64,000 nt of DNA from the human T2T-CHM13v2.0 reference genome, Homo sapiens, in NCBI RefSeq assembly GCF_009914755.1, contig NC_060935.1; one strand, written 5' to 3'. This document shows, in pieces, positions 16,798 to 37,957 of the stretch. The notes beneath the pieces are model-generated. The model was given only the letters and a program-made list of their open reading frames with translations, ran no database searches and was not told the DNA's origin. The position numbers and the translations under genes are program-made. The first letter of the stretch is position 1. Every line of letters begins with the position of its first letter.

Positions 16798-18479
16798 GGG
16801 GAGACGACGCTTGAGCCTCTAGGGATCCCCGTGTGAGTCCCCAGAGAGGACTGGCCACAATCAGAGTGTCCAGCAGAGAATCCAGCCGTGCTCTGTCTCC
16901 TGCGTCCAGCCCCTTTGGTCCTGAGAGTGAGCGCCTCCTCACTGAGAGTATTCAAGGAAAGACGAGAAGGATTCCTGCGCTGGGCAGAAGATGGAGTTTC
17001 TGGAATCCTAAGATTTTCAGAGCCAGAAATGAACAGTAGAAGTGACCAAGTTTCATTTCACAGAGAAGGAAACTGAGGCCCGGGGCGGTGGGCTGACTTG
17101 CTGAAAGCCCCTCTTGGAGTCAGCAGCTACGCTGGGGCTGAATCCAGGCATCCTGACCCCTGCTGTCTTGCACATGACCAACTGCCTGGAGCAAGTGTGG
17201 CCCCAGCACTAGTGTGACCTGGACGAGAGGCCCGTCATCCTCAGCCTCAGGCCCAGCAGAATTAGACCGGGATGCTCTGGCCAGCCTCCCAGCCCTGCAC
17301 CTCTTCTGGCCTTGGCTCCTGGCCCCGCACAGGACAGGCACACAGCCCTGCCCACACCTTGATTTTGGACTTCAGGCCCCTCTGCCACTCCCTCTGATCC
17401 TTGTTTGTCAAAGCTCCAGCCCCTGGGGACCCCAGACGCCCCTGTGTTTTGCACATGAATAGGTGGAGATTTCCTGAGACCATCTTGCCATGAAAATGCA
17501 CATTTCTCACCAAAAGGCTCCAAATCTGGGCACCACAGACTCCAGCAAAGAGCCAGGCTGACCGTGCCCCAGGTGTGAAGGTGGCTGGACCCTCCCAGGG
17601 GCTGCCTGGATCCCAGCCAGCTGGAGGAAGCCACCCAGGTGTCTGTGAGGAGCCAGCACCCTGAGGTTGCCAAACAAACCCATGGCCCTCTCCGCAGACA
17701 GGAGGAGGTGTGGAGTTTGGAACCACCTCCCCAGACTCCAGCTGCCTGGCAGAGATCTTCAGGGCTGGGGGTGAACCTAGAAACCAACCACCTCTCTGTG
17801 AGTGCTCACTCATTCACTCAACAAGCATTCATCCAGGCCCTGCTGCATGCTGGGTGCTCTTACAGACACGGGATGCAGCCGTGATAGGGACAAGTGAGAC
17901 AGGCAAGGGCTTGCTGTCATGGGGCTCGGAGTCCAGGAGGAGACACTCAGTAGACGGGAACTCGATGGTCTGGGCTGTTCACGCAGGCTAGGGAGGGGCA
18001 GAGGCCAGGGTTGTGAGAGGGAGTGTCTGGGAGGCTGTAGCTGTAGCTGGGGTTAGGGAGGATGCCTTCCCAGTGTGGGAGAGCCCACCTGTGAAGATCT
18101 GGGCACAAACCCTCCAGGTGGATGTGCAGGTGCAAAGGCCCTGGGGCTGGACGGGTTGCAGGAAGAAGGCAGCTCGTACCACCAGGACTGGGGAGAGAGT
18201 GGGAGGTGGCACCAGCCTGTGGGCTGGTGAGGAGGATGGCAGGTCTTGCTCCCACCCTCTCAGGACTGGCTTTTAAGGACCTGCCTTCCTCTGGGTTATG
18301 TCACTTCTCTAATCACCCACAGCCCAGGCCGGGCTGGCTCCTCTGTCCTCACGGGACTTGGGCCCTGATCTTGGAGGGGTCAGCCAGGCCAGCCTCTGCC
18401 TCTTGTCTCCAGAGCCCAGAAGGGGGGGCCCCACCCAGCAAGGCTGGGTGATGTGGGGATGGGCTCGTTCCTCCTCAGC

Positions 18480-19230
<751 letters not shown>

Positions 19231-19369
19231 TGCGCTGCCCTTTGACTCCTCTGTGACTTGGTCAATGGCAATGAGGCCCAAGCACCTCTGGACCCACTTA
19301 CCTTTCCAGCCTGGGCTGTCTCTTGAGCCTGTCACTGGAGAGAAGGAGCCTGAGGAGGGTTTAGGGTTA

Positions 19370-19681
<312 letters not shown>

Positions 19682-20567
19682 GAGAGAGAGATTTGGGGCT
19701 TGAATGTGGCTCCTGCATCTACCTGTAGGAAGAACTTGGGCAGGTAACTTAAGCTGCCTCTAACCTGGCTTTCCTCACCTGTGAAATGAGGTGGCCACTC
19801 ATGGGGTCTTCAGGGCCTCTCCAGAAGGCCCCAAAGGAAGAATTTCAGCACAGATGGAGCCCCGGTCCCAGCCCATTCTCTGCCCAGACCCCTGGCTAGG
19901 CTCCAGCCACCCCAGGCAGTCCCCCTCCCCAGGTAATTGGGGGCTATTGAAGTCCATTAACATACTCTGGCGACAATCCTAGCCCTAATCACATTAGCTC
20001 TGAAGTACAAATCAGGACCTGGCCCTGGAGCTGCTTTCAAAGATCAGGGGGCTCACGGGTTCTGGGGCTTTCCCCAGCCTCTGTTTGCTCCTCTCTTGAA
20101 ATCCACAATCTCCTGGGCTGGTGTCAAGGAACTGAGAAGAGCCCAGGGGCCTCCCTGGGAAGTGTGAGTGTGTCTGAGGGGCAAACCCGGACCAGGACAG
20201 AGACTGCCCACCTGCCCAGGGCATGTCTGGGTGCCCCTTCCTGGCCACAGAGCCTGAGAGGGGCTTAGGCGGTCTCTGCACCTGGATCGGGGGGTTTGCC
20301 CGAGGTACGGTTGTGCACACTGCGTTTCTCACCCTGGGACATGCAGATGTGTTCACGGTGGGTCAAGGATACCCCACATTGGAAACTCACCCTGTGGTGG
20401 ATCCTACGGTGGCTCTGCTGCTCACAGCAGTGTGACCTTGGACAAGTCACTGCACATCGTCTGTGAGGTGCCCCACCCTGGAGGAGAACAGGGAGGGGAT
20501 AATGCATAATGTCATGAGCAGTGACTGTGCTCGACACCCCACTTCCACGCTGATGCTCAAAGGGTAT

Positions 20568-21240
<673 letters not shown>

Positions 21241-21599
21241 ATGGGACTCCTCTCCCAGCCCTTCTTTCCTTTTTATGTAGAAGATTCACCTTTCTCGGAA
21301 GGTGTGAACATGACAAGGCGCTCGCAGTTCGTTTCTTTTGGTGGCAGCTTAGATGTGTAAGCAGAGATATGCGTCCCTTCTAATTTTGTCATGAGTTGAA
21401 CACTATACACCTTTGCAAGAAACAAATATGCAACTATGCCAAAAGGGAATGATGTTATCCCCTTATGCCACTGCCATCCCCAGAGGGACCCCATGTGGGC
21501 TGCCTGGGGACACACACTACCCTCCACTCCATGTTCATTCAGATGCACACATGCTCATGTGTCGAGTTTTTGTGGCTCCTGGTTTTTATATTTATTTGT

Positions 21600-22220
<621 letters not shown>

Positions 22221-22424
22221 GCTTCTGGTTTTTATAAACATGGCATCAGTGTGTGCACATCACTCTGACCTCTGTTTTCTGACTCAGGCTCTGGTCAGTG
22301 CAGTAAACGCACATCTAACCCTTCAAGTCTATACTTGTCTCCTTCTTATCAATAAGTGGCTGGGAAGTGCTCTGGACTTTAGAGATAATTAGGAGCCAGC
22401 TATAAATCCACTGAGGCCTGTTGA

Positions 22425-23044
<620 letters not shown>

Positions 23045-23059
23045 TGACTTTTCAAAATA

Positions 23060-23941
<882 letters not shown>

Positions 23942-24289
23942 TAACTCAGTGTCCACAAGTTGGCTAGGTAGTTCTTCCGCCGTGGGCTGGCTTGGCTCAT
24001 CTCTCTGGGCACTTTCATGGTGGTATTCCAAATGAATACTGGTCCTTCCAAGAGCACCAGCCTGTGTCTTTGCACTCTCAGTGTTAAAATGTGAGAATCA
24101 GCAAGTACTAGCAGGGTGTGAGGGGGACACTGGCATGAGTTGAGAGTTTTCCATTCCCAATCAGAAGGATGAAGGAGAAGGAAAAGGGAACCATCATGCC
24201 ACTCCATAGTTTAACAAGACTGTGCTGTGTCTGCCAGCCATCCATAGCCATTTCCTCAGCCACCAGAAGTATGTGCCCGCCCTGGGAGA

Positions 24290-24589
<300 letters not shown>

Positions 24590-25864
24590 TTAACCACATA
24601 TGACAAATTCTAGTCCAGTTATCACAAGATGTTCAGATCCCATTTGCTCATTTACTCAACAAGCTCACACTGTTGGGCCACCGTGAGCACGGCTCCCCTG
24701 CTGGGGTACAGCAATGACCAAGGATGGCAAGGCCAACACTTGGCATAAAACAACCCCTGCTAAGGGGGCAGAACTTAAAAATGTGTAATAAATGAATATG
24801 ATCATATGAATAATTCTAAGTGCCACAAGGGGGGAGTGACGGGGGAGAGAGGACATCTTACAAGGTCCTCAGAAGTGCCCCTGAGCCGGAGCTGAGTGCC
24901 GCGTGATGAAAAGAAGCCACCAGGCATGGAAGGTCTAGCAGGGGCTGTGTGCAAAGGCCCGGGGGCAGGACAGAAAGAAGGCGTGTGAGGCTGGGCGCAG
25001 ACAGAGGGAAACTGGGTGGGGGGTTGGGAGATATCTTTGCCGGATGATCTCGTAGTTCTCAGACTCAGCCATCATCCTTTTTCTTTTTTAAACCCATCTA
25101 TTGAACATTTAAAAGTTATTGTAAACATCTACACGTTATTTTAGAAGTTTAATTGCTCTGTCGTTTCTAATTCCATCTCTTCTTGAAATGCCCTTCCTTT
25201 CCCTTATTGGCTAGAATTCTCAGCTGAGTCTCCATCACACTTTGGCCTGGGCCTTCCTTCCCCAGGCAGCTGAGGGTCCTTGGATAAGTTGTTGTTGTCT
25301 TTGATCTATCATGACTTTGTCTTCTCCCAGGCCCCATCCGTTCAGGCTGAAGGTCGAGGGAGACAGACAGTGGATGGTCCAGCAGCCTCTGCCCTGAGTC
25401 TGGGAAGCTCAGGAAGGTAGAGGGAAGGGATCAGCCATCCCCTCTCTGCTGGCTCTTGGGTGAGAAGCTTTCAGTGCTTGGGGCCCCAGGTATAGATGAA
25501 GGCCCTCTGCCAATTCTAGGGGCTGGGAACAATTCATCCTGCTCTAAGGGACCCCTCCAGGTCCTCAGGGCTCAGCAGGCACTATTAGCCATCTGGGGAC
25601 ACCAACGAGGGTTTGCACTGGCCCTTGATACTGGAGTCCCTTCAGGACATGAAAATCCTGGCTTCTGCCAGGAGCCACAAAGACAGGCAAGCTTTGTTCG
25701 CCACCACGGGTCCCAGCTCTCCTTCCAGCCCAAAGAAGCCAGATACCCAAGCAACCATCTTGCCTTGGATGTCCCACGGCCCCGGAGAGGAAGCGGGCTG
25801 CAGAGAGAATGGGGTGCGTGCCTCACCACTCTCTTCCCCACCTCTCCATTAGCACCTGTCCCGT

Positions 25865-26420
25865 CATCTCTTACTGAGTAACAAACCGATGCAAACCTCA
25901 GTGGCACGTGGCAACCACCATTTTATTGAGCTCACTGGTTCTGTTACAAGGAGCTTGGACAGGACACAGCAGGATGGCTTGTCTCTTCCATGACATCTGG
26001 AATTTCAGCTGGGAAGACTCAAATGGATGGGAACTGGGACCATCCTGGAGGCCTCTTCACATGTATGATGTCTGGGTCGGGACAATTTGAAGTCCAGATC
26101 TAGCTAGGACTGGCCGGAACACCTACACTTGGCCTCTCTGTGCAGCTTGGGCTTCCTCCCAGTATGGCGTCTTCAGGTGGTTGGACTTCTGATCTCTGTG
26201 TGGCTTGGGCTTCCTCCCAGTATGGCCTCCTCAGGTATGAACCTGACACAGTGGCTCAGGGCTCCAAGCATCACCTGTGGTGACCCAGCCTCAGAAATCA
26301 CACTGTGGCACTTCTGCCAATGCTACTGGTGGAAGCAGTTAGAAGCCCACTCAGACTGAAGAGGAAGGGACATAGGCACCCACCTCTCAGTGAGAGGACA
26401 GTCAAAGACGTCACCACCAC
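25865..26420 (-). mobile_element. MaLR LTR (MLT1J/K-like)
   Basis: aacctcagtggc...ccattttattgagctcactggttctg...cagcttgggcttcctcccagtatggc...ccagcctcagaaatcacactgtggcacttctgcc. Confidence 0.65.
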
Positions 26421-28217
26421 TTAGCTTTGTCTATCATTTTGTCAGGAGTCTGACATTTGCAGAGAGCCACGTGCAAGCAAGTCCTAAGTGGGGTGCTCTG
26501 GGACGGCCCAGGGCTGCAGGGTCTCTGGTCGACTGAGGTGCTGTGAGTGGCCCTGGTGACAGGGAGCCCTTTGAAGATATGAGGTCTCTTGCCAAATGCA
26601 ATTTATCTCCTGGGTCAGATGCCTTGGGAGGTCCTGCAGGGACCTGCCACTGCTTTGTCTGGGAAGATAGCCTCCGCTGCCTCACTGTGTCCACAGTGGC
26701 GTCCAACGAGCCATAGGAGTCACTGAAATCACAGCTCACCCTTGTGAGCACTCGCCGGCCTGGGGTTGTGCTGAACCCTTTCTGTGGATTAACAGGGTGC
26801 TGCCCCAGGTGCCACACTGGCCTGTAGCAGGAGAGGCATTTCTAGGTGGAACATGGGTTGGTTACATTAAGTCACATTGGATCGCCCAGTGAGAAAGCTA
26901 TTCCCTTTCAGCCATTCTCACTCCCAGGAGAATGTCTCTGTTTGGTGACAGTAAGTCCTTAACACCCCTCTAACACTTGCAAATCTCTCTTGTGGGGGGA
27001 GAAAAAGAGACAGCAAGCCCGAGGCTCAGAGCTTTTGGCAGACACCTGCATCTTGCAAGAAATTCTCAACATCATTTTGTGTTTCTTATCATGGGCTACC
27101 TTCTGTGTATGACAAGGGACAATGTTTTTCCACTGAAGCTTGTCCTGTAAAATTTTAAAAGAAAATTATTTAAGTAACAAACGAATAGATCAAAACAAAA
27201 ATTCAGGTAGACAAAAGTACACATGGTAAGCAGGTGTGGGAACCAGGGCCCAGTGGAACCAAGGCAGCCCTGGAGACACTTGGATGTCTGAGTTTTTAGA
27301 AGCTCTGCCTTGGTTCCCTCATAATGACTGTGAGAAGGGTTTGTTATTGTTATTTCCATCCCGTGGTTGAAGGAACAGGACTCAGAGGCGTTCAGTCTCC
27401 TTGCTCAAAGCTCACAGCAAATGCAGGCAGTGCCAGAGGTCCTGCCCCCTGAACCCAGGCTGTCCCCACTGGGCTTGCTGCCCAGCTCCACTCCCAGGAT
27501 CGAGGTCCACTCTGAGCTGGAGAGTCAGGGGCTCTCCACACAGAGGGACATTTCAGGACCAAACATGGGGAAGTTCCAGAGAGGGCAACTGACCGAGGCC
27601 AGTCCAGAGGCAAAGATGTGGGCACTGGGGCTTGGGGTCCAAAGAAACCAGCACTGAGTGGTAACCAGGGGTCACTAAGCCACTTGGTCCCACGATGACC
27701 CACAGGAGTAAGTCCTGAAGCTCTTCTAGTCATCAGGTCCACCCTGTGAGTGTGTCGGGGGGAGGGTGGTGGGTAGAGATCGCAGAGTATCCCCCAAGGG
27801 AAGAAATGAGGACTGAAGCTCACATAGGCCCCAAGTCCAGGGTTAGGACATCCCACAGGATGGAACCTGCTAGCTCCAGCCAGTCCCAGGCACCAGAAAT
27901 GTGGACGGCAGCTCAGTGCATGAGGCCTCCCAAGGCCTGGGGCCCAGGGAACTGCTCCAGCCAGAGCCCCCTGTTCCCCCAGTACACACACCATGGACTG
28001 GTGTGTGAAGCTGGGCAGAGTGGAGTAAGAGTTGCCTGAAGAAGCGAAGTGTGTCACCTGACTTTGGATGTGACTTCAGGAAAGGAGTCCCCAAGGCATC
28101 TAGGCCTCTGCTCAAGAGCCACTGGGGGTGACCCCGATGGTGGGTGAGACCAGGAAGGGGTGGTGCTGCCTCCTTCCCTCCTGATTCCAATGGACGCCCT
28201 GACATCCTGTCCCACCT

Positions 28218-29130
<913 letters not shown>

Positions 29131-30134
29131 GATAGAGTAAGACTCCGTCTCAAAAAAAAAACAAAAAGGCACCAACCTCCTGAGCCGGTGTTGGTCTGCT
29201 TCCCATCGGCCAACCGGATGTGGCTGCTACGTGTGCTGGGTCACTGACTGGATGGCTGGAACTGGCTTGGGGTCTCCTCTTTGGCTGGGGCCAGAGCATG
29301 GATCAGATGCTCACCAGTGGGCGTGCACACCTGAGGACATCAGGAAAGGCACGGAGCAGCTCCCAGGTGCCCAGCAGCACACTGGGGATCTATATCTATA
29401 TAGGTGGTGAACCAAATGGGCCCAGCCCCTGCCTGCAAAGATTCCAGTCCTGGGGAGGGAGGGAAAGCAAGCCCCAACAGGTGCGTAACTCACAAGTCAA
29501 TTACTCTGTGTAGGGGTTAGGAAGGGCTGCGGGGTGTGGTTTGTTTCCCAGGATGGTGTCTTCACCCCCCAGCTGCTGATGGCTTGGAGCTTCCCTGCTC
29601 CTGAAAGGGACCACATTGCCTGGAAAGGCCTGGAGGGTCCACTCTCCCCGATCCCCAGGGCAGCCTGCAGCCAGGGACTGATTGACAAGGGGGTACAGAT
29701 GCTCAGCCCCTTGCCCCAAGGTGGGACAGCTCTAGGATGCTGTTGGTACCCCAGAGCACCCCGGGGAGTGAGGAATCAGGCCAGACCAGGCTGAGTTGTG
29801 ATTGCCGCTTCTTTGGCCTGTCCTGCTGCTCTCCTTTCCTTGCCAGTTCTTCCTGGGAGCTCCTCCCTTGACAAACTCTTTGCTCAGGGATCCCAGTCTT
29901 GGGTTTTGTTGCTGGGGAACCTAACCTAGGATGCCAGAGAGTATGTGATAAGACAACGCATGGCCCAGTGTGGGCTGGGAGTGGCCAGAGAAGGCTCTGG
30001 GGACATGACAGCACTAGCTGGCTGGAATAAGCACCTACTGTATGCCAGGCCCTTTATCTTCCAAATGCCTCACTTCTTTCATCCTTAGAGCAAAGGACCT
30101 TTGAATCATGACTTTAATAATGAATCTGAGTAAC

Positions 30135-30570
30135 TGGTGTGTGGGCTGATGGGTGTCTTCCCAATGTCCTGTCTCCCTAGAGCCCGTGAATGGAACCTCA
30201 TTTGGAAATAGGGGCTTGGCAGAGGCAATGAAAGCTAAGATGAGGTCCTGCTGGAATTCTGGGACGAGGCTAAATCCAGTGACTGGTGTCCTCATAAGAA
30301 GAGGGAAATCTGGACACACAGACACACAGAGGAGAAGGCCATGTGGTGATGGAGGCAGAATCGAGTGATGCAGCTGCAAGCCAAGGAATGCTGGCAGCCA
30401 GCAGCAGCCAGAAGAGGCAAGGAAGGACCACCCCCCAGAGCCTTCTGAGGGAGCAGGGCCCTGCTGACACCTTGATTTCTGCCTTCTGCCCTCCAGAACT
30501 GCAAGACAATACATTTCTGTTGTTTAAGGCTGCCTGGTTTGTGGTCATTTGTCACAGCTGCCCTGGGAAA
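30135..30570 (+). mobile_element. MaLR LTR (MLT1C-like)
   Basis: gaacctcatttggaaataggggcttggcagagg...ctaaatccagtgactggtgtcctcataagaagaggg...gcagctgcaagccaaggaatgc...ccctgctgacaccttgatttc. Confidence 0.8.
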
Positions 30571-30779
30571 ACCAGCTGGGTGAAGTGCAGGGGTGGGGAA
30601 GATCCTTCCAGGCAGGAGGTTGGTGTGTGCAAAGGCCCTGTGGCCAAGCGGATGGTACCTGTGTGCTCTGAGAGAACGTCAATGTGCCGGGAGCCGGCCG
30701 AGCACAGGGATGTGGGGAGGGAGCTGGCAGGATGGGCACCGGGAAGGGCAAATGGAGCCTCTGCAGCGGATGAAAGATG

Positions 30780-31230
30780 ACCACACATTCCGTGCTAGTC
30801 CTCCCACTGTGAGCAGAGGCCTGTTTTCTCCCCTTGAATCAGAGCTGGTCTGATTTCATGACCAATGGCAGGAATGAGGTTCTGGAACTTTCTGGGCCTG
30901 GCCCTAAGAAGCCTTGGGCGTCCTGGAGCCCTCTGAGCCGCCTCGTAAGGCCTCCAGCCCCAGGAGAGGCTCCCATGCTGGAGAGACCCTGTGTGGGTGC
31001 TCTGGCCGATGCCCAGCTGAGCCCAGCCCTCCAGCCTTGCCCATCAGGGTGCCGGCCTCAGACCCCCAGATGAGCCCATCCAATGCCAAGATCTTCAAAG
31101 CCATAAAAAGCAGAAAAATCACCCAGCCAGACCCTGTCCACATCCCTGACCTGCCACACTGGGAGTTATAAGATGGTGGCGGTTTTGTCACTGTTTGGGG
31201 CAGCTCATTAGGCAGTAGTGAGTGATCAGA
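30780..31230 (+). mobile_element. Old MaLR LTR (MLT1G/H-like)
   Basis: ttttctccccttgaatcagagctggtctg...catgctggagagaccctgtgtgggtgctctggccgatgcccagctgagcccagcc. Confidence 0.55.
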
Positions 31231-31884
31231 ACGGCCTGGCTGACGGCTGTGATCTCAGTCTAAGAGCGTCGCAGGGCTGTGGAAAGCATCCCAGCCCAGG
31301 GAGCAGGATGGAGCTTGCACGGTGAGAAGGCCCCTAGAGAAGGGCCTGTCAGGGTAGAGGAAGAAGTTGGGGGGGCCAGTCAAGGGGCTGCTGCAGCCAC
31401 CCAGGTCCAGGGAGAGGCGGCCTGCACAGAGGTCCTGTGCAGATGGAGAGGTCTTTAGACTGCAGAGTCGATGAGGTGAAACCAACTAGATGGAGTGAGA
31501 GGCTGCTGGGGGAGGGGTGGGTGGGGGGAAGGGCTTGCCTTGTCCTCCTGGACGGAAGAAAGGACAGGCTGGGGATGGCTGTGATTGGGTGTGGACCCAC
31601 GGAGGCTGAGGAACCCTGGCAGCCTCCCAGTGGGGAAGATCTGAGACCCAGCAGAGGAGTCTTGCTGGGGGCAGGGGTGGGCGTGAAAATGATGTTGTGT
31701 TGCCTAGCAAGGGTGTTCCAGTCCCTGGGTCTCCTGGGCAGTTTGATTCATTACAGTGGCCCCAGTTCTTCTAGCTCGATCCAGGACCCCTCCTACATGG
31801 GGTCCTGGGGGAGGGTGGGTCTGTGCTGGGTTGCTGTCCCCCTTCCCCACCACAGGACATGGACCAGCACGGATGTCACTTTCC

Positions 31885-32125
31885 TCAATCACAGCTCACT
31901 GCAGCCTTGAACTCCCAGGCTTAAAGGATCCTCTCACCTCAGCCTCCCAAGTAGCTAGGACTACAGGTATGCACCACCACACCCAGCTAATTTTTAAATT
32001 TTTTTGTAGAGATGGGGTCTCACTATGCTGCCCAGCCTAGCCTTGAACTCCTGGGCTCAAGTGATCCTCCCACCTTGTCCTCCCAAAGTGTTGTAATTAC
32101 AGGCCTGAGCCACTGTGTCCAGCCT
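31885..32125 (-). mobile_element. Alu (AluJ-like), 3'-truncated
   Basis: cacagctcactgcagccttgaactcc...gggctcaagtgatcctcccacc. Confidence 0.85.
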
Positions 32126-32167
32126 CCCTCCTTCCTTTCATAAGAAGCATATAGAATTTGAATGATG

Positions 32168-32498
32168 GGCTGGGCGCGGTGGCTCACGCCTGTAATCCTA
32201 GCACTTTGGGAGGCTGAGGCGGGTGGGTGGATCACCTGAGGTCGGGAGTTTGCGACCAGCCAAACCAACATGGAGAAACCCTGTCTCTACTAAAACTACA
32301 AAATTAGCTGGGCCTGGTGGTGGGCGCCTGTAGTCCCAGCTACTCAGGAGACTGAGGCAGGAGAATCGCTTGAACCCGGGAGGCGAGGTTGCGGTGAGCA
32401 GAGATGGCGCCATTGCACTCCAGCCTGGGCAACAAGAGTGAAACTCCGTCTCAAAAAAGAAAAAAAAAAAAAAAGAGAAAGAAAGAAAGAAAGAAAGA
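32168..32498 (+). mobile_element. Alu (AluS-like)
   Basis: Full dimer with A/GAAA tail. Confidence 0.93.
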
Positions 32499-32689
32499 AC
32501 TTGAATGATGAATTGAGGACACTTAAAATTATTCACATTGAAGAAACACTCTGAGCTCATGAGCCCTTGATCTTATTTTAATGTAGACCAGAGTAAGCCA
32601 GTGCAGGCTGCATTTGAGAGGAGCGGTCTTCCTAAAGGGCTGTCTTTTTTTTTGAGACTGAGTCTTGCTCTGTCATGCCCGGCCAGTTT

Positions 32690-34484
<1,795 letters not shown>

Positions 34485-34704
34485 TTACTGTCATTCCCTT
34501 AAAAGATTTAATTATGGTCTTAATGTCCCAGTCTTTTCTATCTTCCCGTTAATGGGATGATTTTCTAGCCCAGTGCTAGGGGCCACCGTCATGCCGAGAA
34601 AAGGCCCTTCCTTAGGGTGTGGCCAGGGTCTTCCCTTGAGAGGCTGAGTCTGGTGGAACCAGCACAGGGCCACTCGCTGTGTTTCTGAAGACAGCCCATT
34701 AGGG

Positions 34705-35255
<551 letters not shown>

Positions 35256-35419
35256 TCAGCAAGGAAGCTGTGGGTCACCCACCTACGAAGCTGTGGGGCT
35301 GGCCCCAAACCCTGCACTCATCCACGAAGATGTTGGTCCCCTAGGCAGCAGGCTGATTCTGAGAAACCCCATCTCCTCTTTTGTTAATTTGACTTTTCAC
35401 TCCCCACCACACCAGCCTT

Positions 35420-35975
35420 AAGCAACCTTATACCCAACCTGAATCCCCATAATCGCTTCCTCCTGGGACTCCTCAGCTTCCGACCATCTCATCTCAACCT
35501 TCCTCTGCTCCATCCCAGGGCTATGAGATGGCACAAACTCACTGTAAGGAAAAGCCCAGTCCACACCATGGCCTCCAAGGCTCCAGGAGCTGGCCTCTCT
35601 GACTCTGCCTCCTCCCTGCCCATCCCACAGTGCCTTAAACATCCCAGGCCTGCTGCCAGCCCCACACCTTCTCATGGGCTGTTCCCTCTGCCTGGACACT
35701 GTTCCTCGCACGGCTTCCTCCCTCAGCACCTTGAAGTCTTTGCTTAGACGTCATCACCTTCATAGCAACCCACCCCCACCCCCACCCCCACACCTCCCCA
35801 TCCTGCTCTCTCTCTGTCTTGGCACCATCCACCTTCCCAGGTGGCCCGTGTTCCTCATTCACTGTCATCTCCCTCATTACGATGAGGCTCTAGGTGAGCA
35901 GGGATCCTTGTTTCCTTCGCTAATTGTGCCTGGCACAAAGGAGGCACTCAACAAGTATGTTAAGTGAATGAGTGA
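35420..35975. mobile_element. L2 LINE 3' fragment
   Basis: gctgttccctctgcctggacactgttcctc...gtgcctggcacaaaggaggcactcaacaagtatgttaagtgaatgag (typical L2 3' terminus). Confidence 0.6.
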
Positions 35976-36244
35976 CTTTTTAATCTCTCTTGGGACCTGT
36001 CCTTGACTCCCCATTGTCCCCCTATGCTAGGAGCTGGAAAGCCAAGACGAAAGCTCAGTTCAGCTGATCGATTTTGCCAACGATGGGTACATTTCCACCC
36101 CAGAAGCTGGATGAGCCATTCCTTGTTTGGCCAGGACAGATGTGGACAGAGACCTACAGGGTCTGCATGCATGAGGGGTTGCAGATCCAGATGGCTGGAT
36201 CGTCCGGGTTGCAGTCCCCTCCCCACCCCAGTGTGAAAGGCCGC

Positions 36245-36670
36245 CGGTGGCAGCAAAGTACCACACACTGTGGGCTTAAACAACAGTAATTGATTATCTC
36301 ACAGCCCTGGAGGCTACAAGTCCGAGGTCAAGGTGTCCGCACAATTGGTTCCTTCTGAGGCTGGGAGGGAGCCCCTGTCCCAGGCCTCTCACCTAGCTGT
36401 TGGGCATTTGCTGGCACCCCTCAGCAGCCCTTGGCTTGTGGAAGCATCACCCATCTGCCTCCATCTTCACGCCGCCTTCTCCCTGTGTCTCTTTACATGG
36501 CCTCCTTTGTAGGAGGGCACCAGTCATAGTGGATTAGGGCCCACCCCCAGTAGTCTCATTTTACCCCTATAAAGACCCTATTTCCAAATAAACTCACATA
36601 CTGAGGTCCTAGGGGTTAGGACTTCAACATATCTTTTGGAAGAGATCTTTTGGACATAATTCACCCTCTA
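36245..36670 (-). mobile_element. MaLR LTR (MLT1A/B-like)
   Basis: ggcttaaacaacagtaattgattatctcacagccctggaggctacaagtccgaggtcaaggtgtc...ctgaggtcctaggggttaggacttcaacatatc. Confidence 0.78.
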
Positions 36671-36715
36671 ACATCACCTACGTATTTCTTTGTCGTACCT
36701 AGATCATGGCTGTCA

Positions 36716-36865
<150 letters not shown>

Positions 36866-37187
36866 TTAAGGGTAGAAGAACATAATGCCTTGGAAAGCAA
36901 ATTACGTACAATTAAGGATTTTCCAACCCTGATTGCCTTTTTGCAAAGCAACTGGATATGTCTTACAGGGAGAGGGGAACCCCAGATTCTAGGTACATTA
37001 GGCCAGCATTTAGCTTTCTTAAAAGCAATCCACTGCACTCATGAGTACTTCCTAGGAAAGACTAGTTATAAATACTATAATTGTATATAATTGAACCCAA
37101 ATTTTCACAAAACAGTTTGCACCCTTACTGTGATTGATACACTCAGATGATTTTAATTCTATAAGATTTAGTTCCATTTCCTCCTTA

Positions 37188-37503
<316 letters not shown>

Positions 37504-37957
37504 TTAAAAATAAAAGACTAGCTGCAGTTCATTATATTGAGTTCAATACCCATGGATGGTGTCTACTCAGATTTTGAAAAATATTCTCGAGTCTGCCTCC
37601 TAATGACCAGCTCTGGAGCTTCACGGCTCCCCCTAGGGAAGTGCAAATTGCTTTAGAGAACAGGAGGCCAATGGGAGGGGCACAGAGTTTAGGGCCAGTT
37701 ACAGTGCGGGAATGGCGTGAATTAGCCCCATCAGGAGAATGAGAATAAACTGCAAGACTCTGTCATGGCAAAACTTTGTGACACTCACACCCCCCAGGCT
37801 CCTGTTTTCAAGGCTACATTTGTGTGGACACAGCTGGCTAAAATTCGTCTCTCCTGCCCCCACCCCAACCCCCAGCCATGTGAGGCTCAGGCCTCAAATA
37901 GAAAGACCCCTGGAAGACAGGGGGAGGGAACCAGGTCTTGGCATTTCAAGGCACAAT

